Source of the DNA: Macrostomum lignano
Lineage: Eukaryota
Assembly (NCBI GenBank): GCA_002269645.1
Contig: NIVC01001630.1
Location: forward strand, 193,331-257,330
Reading direction: 5' to 3'
Length of the DNA: 64,000 nucleotides
Below are positions 1 to 10,125 of this stretch, piece after piece (position 1 is the stretch's first letter; each line of letters opens with the position of its first letter). The position numbers and the translations under genes were made by a program. The notes under the pieces are model-generated. The model was not told the origin of the DNA. It did no database searches and saw nothing but the letters and a program-made list of their open reading frames with translations.

Positions 1-606
1 TCAGAGGATGGGTCAGAGGATGGGTCAGAGGATGAGTCAGAGGATGGGTCAGAGAATGAGTCAAAGGATGGGTCAGAGGATGGGTCAGAGGATGGGTCAG
101 AGGATGGGTCAGAGAATGGGTCAAAGGATGGGTCAGAGGATGGGTCAGAGGATGGGTCAGGGAATGGGTCAAAGAATGAGTCAAAGATGAGTCAGAGGAT
201 GGGTCAGAGGATGGGTCAGAGGATGGGTCAGAGAATGGGTCAGAGAATGGGTCAAAGGATGGGTCAGAGGATGGGTCAGATTATGGCTGAGAAAATGGGT
301 CAGAGGATGGGTCAGACGATAGGTCAGAGGATGGGTCAGAGAATGGGTCAAAGGATGGGTCAGAGGATGGGTCAGATTATGGCTGAGAAAATGGGTCAGA
401 GGATGGGTCAGACGATAGGTCAGAGGATGGGTCAGAGAATGGGTCAAAGGATGGGTCAGAGGATGGGTCAGAGAATGGGTCAAAGGATGGGTCAGAGGAT
501 GGGTCAGAGGATGGGTCAGAGGATGGATCAGAGGATGGATCAGAGGATGGGTCAGAGGATGGGTCAGAGGATGGGTCAGAGGATGGGTCAGATTATGGCT
601 CAGTGA
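1..606. repeat. 12-bp minisatellite (GGGTCAGAGGAT)n
   Basis: Direct tandem periodicity; explains the MGQR/HPLT ORFs. Confidence 0.95.
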
Positions 607-1149
607 ATGGGTCACGGTCTGTGTCACGCGCCCTAGTACGCGAAGACGCAAGCAAATATTTGAGACATGACAACTGGCAACACCAGAGTAAGAATTATCA
701 AGAATTTAGCAGATAAGCAAATGTTTGTCTTGCAGGAGAGAGCAATGCACAGGGGACCACACCCTATACTAGGATAAAAACAAGCCATCCATAGCATCAG
801 TGCATAGTCGGATTTGCTCCCCTTTGCCTGGCTTGAAAAACCAGAAGTGCTGGCCGAAAGTTGCTGCTTGCGGAAGCAGGCCAGCACACAGAGAGATTTC
901 CCATCCCAGTCTGTTCATATCCCCCTTTTTCACTCCGCGTCCCGCATTAATCCGAGACTGCGGCGGCGGTGCAGGGGGGCGGCCAGATGTTCAGTGCTGG
1001 CTGTAAAAGTACATCGAGTGGAATCTTATTACAGCAGAGGCTGGCTCGGTGCTCGTCTCCGCCTCGCGCTTCGATTGCGCGCGTGGCTTTGAGAGAAAGG
1101 ATGGGCAAGTAGGATTTTTTTAAAGACTATAATTTTTCAAGGCTGGAGA

Positions 1150-2310
1150 CGAGAATAGGGAGAGGGGAGAGCGGAGGGATGGAGAGGAGAGGAGACTGCC
1201 GACAGAGCGGAGGAGAGAGCGGAGAGAGCGGAGGAGAGCAAGGAGGAGAGAGTGGAGGAGAGAGCGGAGGAGAGAGCGGAGGAGAGCGAGGAGAGAGCGG
1301 AGGAGAGCGAGGAGGAGAGCGAGGAGAGAGTGGAGAAGAGAGCGGAGGAGAGCGAGGAGGAGAGCGAGGAGAGAGTGGAGAAGAGAGTGGAGAGAGCGGA
1401 GGAGAGCGAGGAGAGAGCGGAGGAGAGCGAGGAGGAGAGCGAGGAGAGAGTGAAGAAGAGAGCGGAGGAGAGCGAGGAGGAGAGCGAGGAGAGAGTGGAG
1501 AAGAGAGCGGAGGAGAGCAAGGAGGAGAGAGTGGAGGAGAGAGCGGAGGAGAGAGCGGAGGAGAGCGAGGAGAGAGCGGAGGAGAGCGAGGAGAGAGCGG
1601 AGGAGAGAGTGGAGAAGAGAGCGGAGGAGAGCGAGGAGGAGAGCGAGGAGAGAGTGGAGAAGAGAGCGGAGAGAGCGGAGGAGAGCGAGGAGGAGAGAGT
1701 GGAGGAGAGAGCGGAGGAGAGAGCGGAGGAGAGCGAGGAGAGAGCGGAGGAGAGCGAGGAGGAGAGCGAGGAGGAGAGCGAGGAGGAGAGCGAGGAAAGA
1801 GTGGAGAAGAGAGCGGAGGAGAGCGAGGAGGAGAGCGAGGAGAGAGTGGAGGGGAGCGGAGGAGAGAGCGGAGGAGAGCGAGGAGAGAGTGGAGAAGAGA
1901 GCGGAGAGAGCGGAGGAGAGCGAGGAGAGAGCGGAGGAGAGAGCGGAGGAGAGAGCGGAGGAGAGAGCGGAGGAGAGCGAGGAGAGAGTGGAGAAGAGAG
2001 CGGAGAGAGCGGAGGAGAGCGAGGAGGAGAGAGTGGAGGAGAGAGCGGAGGAGAGAGCGGAGGAGAGCGAGGAGAGAGTGGAGAAGAGAGCGGAGAGAGC
2101 GGAGGAGAGCGAGGAGAGAGCGGAGGAGAGAGCGGAGGAGAGAGCGGAGGAGAGCGAGGAGAGAGCGGAGGAGAGAGCGGAGGAGAGCGAGGAGAGAGCG
2201 GAGGAGAGCGAGGAGGAGAGCGAGGAGGAGAGCGAGGAAAGAGTGGAGAAGAGAGCGGAGGAGAGCGAGGAGGAGAGCGAGGAGAGAGTGGAGGGGAGCG
2301 GAGGAGAGAC
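1150..2310. repeat. GA-rich low-complexity array (GGAGAGAGCG-type 10-13 bp units)
   Basis: Nearly pure purine tract with short variant units; its stop-free frames are artefacts. Confidence 0.95.
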
Positions 2311-2944
2311 ACCAGAGATTAGCTGGGCTAAAAGCAGGGCAATATTTTTACGCGAGAGATTTTCGATCGGCTTTTTAGGCGGGAAGAAGAAACACAAGCA
2401 GAAGCAGACAGACGGACAGCTGAACGCCAAACCCCGGATGCTTTGACAAGAAACACACAACCGGCGAGAGAGAACACCCAGAGAAAATCCAGCTGATAAA
2501 TTTGATTGCAATTGCAATATTCTCTCCCTTCGTATGTGTTTGGTTTGGCGAGCTGTCACGAAAACATGCTAAACATGTTCAGTTTCACGCAGCGGCTCAC
2601 CGCGCTTAGGCATATTATTGCCCTGGTTCTAGTCCAAGTACGAATATAAGAAGGTCCCTGACTAGACATTTTTTACATTTTTAGACGCCAGCAGATCTGG
2701 CTAAGATGTAAAACTGACTGTCGCTTCTCACATTTCAAAAAAATCGACCAAGAAGAAAGAAACAAGCCAGTGAAAGGTGCTTCAACAAATGCTACCATCC
2801 GTTGAGAGGGATGCATGAGCCGGGTTTAAAGTTCCGACTCAGCTGCCACGAAGTTGAAATATTTCTCTGATATGGAAGTTATATGTACTTTTTACTGATA
2901 GGGATTCTGATATTTTCTAAAACGCAGTAGATAGGCGCTATCAC

Positions 2945-4340
2945 CTAGCAACCGGAAGTAGACAACCGTCTAGCAACCGGAAGTAGATAGCCACCTGATC
3001 ATCTGAAAGTAGACACTTTTTGCCATCTGTCAACCGGAAGTGGCTACTTATCAATCAACCGGAAGTAGCTAGCTACTTATCAATCAATCGGAAATATCTA
3101 GCTAGCTATTTATCAATCAACCGGAAGTAGCTAGCTACTTATCAATCAATCGGAAATATCTAGCTAGCTACTTATCAATCAATCGGAAATATCTAGCTAG
3201 CTATTTATCAATCAACCGGAAGTAGCTAGCTACTTATCAATCAATCGGAAATATCTAGCTAGCTACTTATCAATCAATCGGAAATATCTAGCTAGCTATT
3301 TATCAATCAACCGGAAGTAGCTAGCTACTTATCAATCAGTCGGAAATATCTAGCTAGCTACTTATCAATCAATCGGAAATATCTAGCTAGCTATTTATCA
3401 ATCAATCGGAAATATCTAGCTACTTATCAATCAATCGGAAATATCTAGCTAGCTACTTATCAATCAATCGGAAATATCTAGCTAGCTATTTATCAATCAA
3501 CCGGAAGTAGCTAGCTACTTATCAATCAATCGGAAATATCTAGCTAGCTATTTATCAATCAACCGGAAGTAGCTACTACCTATTATAAATCAACTGGAAG
3601 TAGGTACTACCTAATTTAAATCAACCGGAAGTACCTACTACCTATTATAAATCAAATGAAAGTAGCTAATACCTATTATATATCAACCGGAAGTAGCTAG
3701 CTACTTATCAATCAACTGGAAGTAGCTAGCTACTTATCAATCAATCGGAAATATCTAGCTAGCTATTTATCAATCAACCGGAAGTAGCTACTACCTATTA
3801 TAAATCAACCGGAAGTATCTACTACCTATTATAATTCAACTGGAAGTAGCTAATACCTATTATATATCAACCGGAAGTAGCTAACTACTTATCAATCAAC
3901 CGGAAGTAGCTAGCTATTTATCAATCAACCAGAAGTAGCTACTACCTATTATAAATCAACTGGAAGTAGCTACTACCTATTATAATTCAACTGGAAGTAG
4001 CTAATACCTATTATATATCAACCGGAAGTAGCTAGCTACTTATCAATTAACCGGAAGTAGCTACTACCTATTATAAATTAACCGGAAGTAGCTACTACCG
4101 ATTATAAATCAACTGGAAGTAGCTAATACCTATTATAAATCAACCAGAAGTAGCTATCTACTTATCAATCAACCGGAAGAAGCTGCTATATATTATAAAT
4201 CAACCGGAAGTAGCTACTACCGATTATAAATCAACCAGAAGTAGCTATCTACTTATCAATCAACCGGAAGAAGCTGCTATATATTATCAATCAACCGGAA
4301 GTAGCTACTATTTATATAATATCAATCAACCGGAAGTAAC
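2945..4340. repeat. ~29-31 bp minisatellite (ATCAATCAACCGGAAGTAGCTAGCTACTT-like)
   Basis: Tandem units with recurring CCGGAAGT or TCGGAAAT core; unit variants drift along the array. Confidence 0.9.
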
Positions 4341-4884
4341 TTATCTTTGTAATATATTTTCATAGTCCTACATGGCAGATCTCACTCCAATGCTCCCTTC
4401 AAATTCTACTAAAAAAATGTGAAACCCAGCCTGCATAAATCAACATAGATAACTATAATATATATAACAAGAAGGCGCAGCCTATACGAGATTAAGTACC
4501 AAAATCCCAAATTTACTTGAGCAAGAATATATGAGCAGGGAAATAAGTCTGGCGGATATGCTCAGCCAAATAAGCTTCGTAGTCAAGGCCGATAGGAAAA
4601 AAGGGCGACCAGCGCGGGGCAGTAAATTATTAATGACTCTTAATTGGGAGGCCTACTAGAAGAGGGCCGGAGCGGGCAGGCCAGAGTAAGAGCCTCAGTG
4701 CGGCTTCGCTTTTTTGCAAGCCAATTTTCCACCCTCTCGATCTTTGCACACACTGAAGCTTAGCCAGGAAACCACAAAGAAAAGAAGGGCAGCCACTTCG
4801 TTGGCATGGCTAATCCACAAAAAAATCTGGAAAAACATTACAACTCTTTTCTAGATGGCCAAGGGTAGAGATCTATTCGTCGAG

Positions 4885-5100
4885 CTTATGAGCGAGTTCA
4901 TGAGATTTTATGAGTAAGTTCAAGAGTGAGTTCATGAGTGAGTTCATGATTGAAGTCATGAGTGAGTTCATGCGTGAGTTCATGAGTGAGTTCATTATTG
5001 AAGTCATGAGTGAGTTCATGCGTGAGTTCATGAGTGAGTTCATAAGTGAGTTCATTAGTGAGTTCATGAGTGAGATTATGAGTGAGTTCATGATTGAGCT
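4885..5100 (+). repeat. 12-bp minisatellite (ATGAGTGAGTTC)n, family copy 1
   Basis: Same unit recurs at 38085-38610 (+) and 47200-47750 (-). Confidence 0.9.
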
Positions 5101-5542
5101 GCATATAAAAACGAACACACAGCTTGAAATGAGATGGGGTCAATGAGTGAGCAGGCATGTGAAGCTGACAGCTCAATGAAGCAAAAGGTTTCCCCAAGAC
5201 GTCTCACCCTCCCTAATTGGTGAGGGCTCACGATGCAGCCCTGTCAGGCCGCGTGAGCCCCGTCAGCATGAGCTGGGAGGCTCTAACAAAATGCGCGGCC
5301 CTCATTAGGGTCTGAAGGAAAAAGAATGAGATTGGGACCGACTCTGAATGGGATGCTGCAGATGAAGCTTTTAACAGTGGCCAGGGGCAGGGAAATTTTT
5401 TTTAGAAATCCTAGCCACCTTTTTACCAGGTGAGAAGGAAAGTTTTTCATGTCATTAAAATTTAATAGCAAGGCCGCACTTGCAGACAGAAACTTTCTGA
5501 CCCAGAAAAAATATATTAAATAGATCAGCAAAGTATCCTCAC

Positions 5543-8500
5543 ACTAGAACTGCATTGAAGTCGGCCAGCAGCTTCCGAGAATTCAATTCTAGCATCTCGA
5601 TTGACACTGAAATTGTTAGGATGATTGAGTGATGGTTTTTGAGTTGCCAGTGAGAATGGAAACATTGATATACTCGCTACTCTACCTGTGATTCACCGGT
5701 TATCTACTAGCTACTCTACCTGTGATTCACCTGTTATCTACTAGCTACTCTATCTGTGATTCACCGGCTATCTACTAGCTACTCTATCTGTGATTCACCT
5801 GTTATCTACTAGCTACTCTACCTGTGATTCACCGGTTATCTACTAGCTACTCTATCTGTGATTCACCGGCTATCTACTAGCTACTCTATCTGTGATTCAC
5901 CTGTTATCTACTAGCTACTCTACCTGTGATTCACCGGTTATCTACTAGCTACTCTATCTGTGATTCACCGGTTATCTACTAGCTACTCTACCTGTGATTC
6001 ACCGGTTATCTACTAGCTACTCTACCTGTGATTCACCGGTTATCTACTAGCTACTCTATCTGTGATTCACCGGTTATCTACTAGCTACTCTACCTGTGAT
6101 TCACCGGTTATCTACTAGCTACTCTACCTGTGATTCACCGGTTATCTACTAGCTACTCTACCTGTGATTCACCGGTTATCTACTAGCTACTCTACCTGTG
6201 ATTCACCGGTTATCTACTAGCTACTCTACCTGTGATTCACCTGTTATCTACTAGCTACTCTACCTGTGATTCACCTGTTATCTACTAGCTACTCTACCTG
6301 TGATTCACCGGTTATCTACTAGCTACTCTACCTGTGATTCACCGGTTATCTACTAGCTACTCTACCTGTGATTCACCGGTTATCTACTAGCTACTCTACC
6401 TGTGATTCACCTGTTATCTACTAGCTACTCTACCTGTGATTCACCTGTTATCTACTAGCTACTCTACCTGTGATTCACCGGTTATCTACTAGCTACTCTA
6501 CCTGTGATTCACCGGTTATCTACTAGCTACTCTACCTGTGATTCACCGGTTATCTACTAGCTACTCTACCTGTGATTCACCGGTTATCTACTAGCTACTC
6601 TACCTGTGATTCACCTGTTATCTACTAGCTACTCTACCTGTGATTCACCTGTTATCTACTAGCTACTCTACCTGTGATTCACCGGTTATCTACTAGCTAC
6701 TCTACCTGTGATTCACCGGTTATCTACTAGCTACTCTACCTGTGATTCACCGGTTATCTACTAGCTACTCTACCTGTGATTCACCTGTTATCTATTAGCT
6801 GCTGTGATCATTCTACAATATTCGAACACCCCATCTACCAGCCTTTTGCCAACCAACTTTAACCACTTTTATCTTTCGTTCTTCTTTTCTGTTTCGACCA
6901 GCAATGATTTATGAGCAAACTAAGGCCAAACCTAAACCAAATCTAACTCAAAAAACATAGGCAGAGGATGACTATATTGGTATATAATTTTGTTAAAATC
7001 GAAGTAAGATAAATTTATGCGAAACTTGGCCAAACCAGGCCAAAAAATATTGGGAGCTGCTATCAGGAACTTCTTTCTCTCGCACTGCTCTGTCTCTCTG
7101 TTCCCCTCCGGAACCCGGAATTCGATTTTATTAATCATACGCGACCCTCGACTTGACTGGGAAGCCAAGATCCGGGAGGTCCCGGGCAAAACCCGACTGT
7201 CGGAAGGAGAACTTAGTTTTAATAATTTGTATGACCAAAAAGTCCTCTTTGGCAGAAGATCGATTGCATTGCACGCTCAGCTCGAAAGGGGGGAAGGCAG
7301 ATCAGCGAGGGGAAACAAAAAAACTTTTTCCCCTATTTTTTGGTGCAAAACCAGTAAGAGCTGGGTGAGCTGAGGACACATGGAGAAGGGGGGGCGAGTG
7401 CTCGCTGAGGAACTTTTGAAACTTTTTCAAACCGTGCAAGTTTGTATTTTTCTAAACTATAGAAAGGACTCAAATTGTGCTTCAACTTAGCTCAGATTCG
7501 CCAATTTGTCGTGTTTTCTTCATTTTTATTTGATTTCGAATTGGGCACTCCTAGTTTGGAATTAAGAACTCTCTAGTTTTGAATTGGGCACTCCTATAGT
7601 TTGGAATTGGGCACTCCTAGTTTGGAATTGGGCACTCCTAGTTTGGAATTGGGCACTCCTAGTTTGGAATTGGGCACTCCTAGTTTGGAATTGGACACTC
7701 CTAGTTTGGAATTGGGCACTCCTAGTTTGGAATTGGGCACTCCTAGTTTGAAATTGGGCACTCCTATAGTTTGCAATTGGGCACTCCTAGTTTGGAATTG
7801 GGCACTCCTAGTTTGGAATTGGGCACTCCTATAGTTTGCAATTGGGCACTCCTAGTTTGGAATTGGGCACTCCTAGTTTGGAATTGGGCACTCCTAGTTT
7901 GGAATTGGGCACTCCTAGTTTGGAATTGGGCACTCCTAGTTTTGAATTGGGCACTCTATAGTTTATAATTGGACACTATAGTTTGGAATTGGGCATTCCT
8001 AGTTTGGAATTTGGCACTCTAGTTTGGAATTTGGCACTCCTAGTTTGGAATTTGGCACTCCTAGTTTGGAATTGGGCACTCCTAGTTTGGAATTTAGCAC
8101 TCCTATAGTTTGGAATTGGGCACTCCTAGTTTGGAATCGGGCACTCCTAGTTTGGAATTGGGCACTCCTAGTTTAGAATTGGGCACTCCTAGTTTGGAAT
8201 TGGGCACTCCTAGTTTGGAATTGGGCACTCCTAGTTTGGAATTGGGCACTCCTAGTTTGGAATTGGGCACTCCTATAGTTTGCAATTGGGCACTCCTAGT
8301 TTGAAATTTGGCACTCCTAGTTTGGAATTGGGCACTCCTAGTTTGGAATTGGGCACTCCTAGTTTTGGAATTTAGCACTCCTATAGTTTGGAATTGGGCA
8401 CTCCTAGTTTGGAATTGGGCACTCCTAGTTTGGAATTGGGCACTCCTAGTTTTGAATTGGGCACTCTCTAGTTTATAATTGGACACTATAGTTTGGAATT

Positions 8501-9359
8501 GGGCATTCCTAGTTTGGAATTTGGCACTCTAGTTTGGAATTTGGCACTTCTAGTTTGGAATTTAGCACTCCTATAGTTTGGAATTAGGCACTCCTAGTTT
8601 GGAATTGGGCACTCCTAGTTTGGAATTGGGCACTCCTAGTTTGGAATTGGGCACTCCTAGTTTGGAATTGGACACTCCTAGTTTGGAATTGGGCACTCCT
8701 AGTTTGGAATTGGGCACTCCTAGTTTTGGAATTGGGCACTCCTGGTTTGGAATTGGGCAGTCCTAGTTTTGGAATTGGGCAGTCCTAGTTTTGGAATTGG
8801 GCAGTCCTAGTTTTGGACTTGGGCACTCCTAGTTTTGGAATTGGGCACTCCTAGTTTTGGAATTGAGCACTCCTAGTTTGGAATTGGGCACTCCTAGTTT
8901 GGAATTGAACACTCCTAGTTTGGAACTGAGCACTCCTAGTTTGGAACTGAGCACTCCTAGTTTGGAATTGGGCACTCCTAGCTTGTAATTTAGCACTCCT
9001 TGTTTGGAAACAAGAATGGATTTCTATTGATTACTAATCGAAGGAAGCAAAAGCCACCAGGCTACGAACTCACCTCTGGGTGACGCCGGCAAACAATTTT
9101 GATGCCTTAAAATGCTTTGGTGTTGCAGCTGCTGCTGCTGCGGTATAGCCTTGTTATGCAGTACATTTGAGCAGTCGGACTCAACGTACCAACGCAATTC
9201 ACTCATCCATAGCCGAACCGAGTCCTCCGAAGCTGCCTGCCAAGCGCTGCTATTGATTGACGATGGCAGCGAATGACTGGACGAAACTGCCGAGCTCGAC
9301 GGGGTCGCCGACTTAGCCGGCCTCGACCTGACAGCCGGATCCGTCTTAACAGGATCCAT
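5543..9359 (-). CDS. INSC: Inscuteable homologue, 5' exons (gene continues toward lower coordinates; remaining exons not resolved)
   Basis: Exon 1 9359-9074 (ATG; donor G|GTGAGT) encodes SEDSVRLWMSELRWYVESDCSNVLHNKAI, matching from memory the Insc LGN/Pins-binding motif DSVQRWMEDLKLMTECECMCVLQAKPI. A phase-compatible probable exon 5606-5543 (TTTCAG acceptor) gives VSIEMLELNSRKLLADFNAVL. Confidence 0.75.
5676..6800. repeat. 34-bp minisatellite (CTACTCTACCTGTGATTCACCGGTTATCTACTAG)n
   Basis: About 33 highly homogeneous tandem units. Confidence 0.95.
7540..9005. repeat. 21-bp minisatellite (TTGGAATTGGGCACTCCTAGT)n
   Basis: Tandem periodicity; explains the ELGTPSL ORFs. Confidence 0.95.
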
Positions 9360-10125
9360 ATTGGTTGTTCTCGTCGGCGCAATGCCCAACATTGTTTTAT
9401 CAAACAGTGGTTTAAGTGCTTTGCTAATTGTTAGCTCGTTGCACAGAAGGCTGAGCTCCGTCGATCGTGATTGCCTCTCATTTCATTTTCGATAGTAGAG
9501 GTCTAATAACAATAAAGTTCTCTTTAGTTAACAGTAAGTACAAATATATGTGCACAAAACCATGGACTGTGCGCTGAGTGAGGGATTGAAACAATTGTAA
9601 AAATCCTGGCGTGCACACAACACTTCGATTTTGTCTGGGTCTTAGGGACGGTCTGGCCTAGCAATTTAATAATGGCATGCGTATGTATAGCGTTGCGTCG
9701 TTGGCTTGCGCAAGTTTCGCGTGCAAACATGCGTATAGTAGCTAGGGGGAGGCTAGATTTAAATCCTCGCCGTCTGAGGGAGAGGACATTGTGACTGGAG
9801 AGGGACAGAAGGGCAGACAGAGAGAGAGAACTTTCATTGGCTGACTGCGTTTCATGTCCAATCCTATGATCGCGTCGGGAATTTACTCACAAAAATTGGC
9901 GGCATTTGCATTTAGTACCATTAATTGATTGAAAATTTTCGCGATGCTACTAACTAGTAGCTTACGTAAGGAATCTGTTTATTTAATTTAAAAAAATCTA
10001 AGGATCTAAGCATTTAAGAAGCATTAAAAATTCTAAAAGTTTCTTCATGAGCGCAAAAATAGCAATAAACGTTTTAAAACTTATTTCTTTAAGCAGGTGT
10101 TCACGGTAATTCAAAGAGCTCTTAA

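Noticed and set aside
1120-2559. Glu/Arg/Gly-rich or Ser/Leu-rich long ORFs (also at 28510, 39015, 41124, 49875, 53871)
   Set aside because: Translations of low-complexity arrays, open on both strands.
6790-6870. Possible extra Insc exon (KWLKLVGKRLVDG)
   Set aside because: Weak resemblance to LRRIGQKLAQD, a purine-rich acceptor, and an in-frame stop before the nearest donor.
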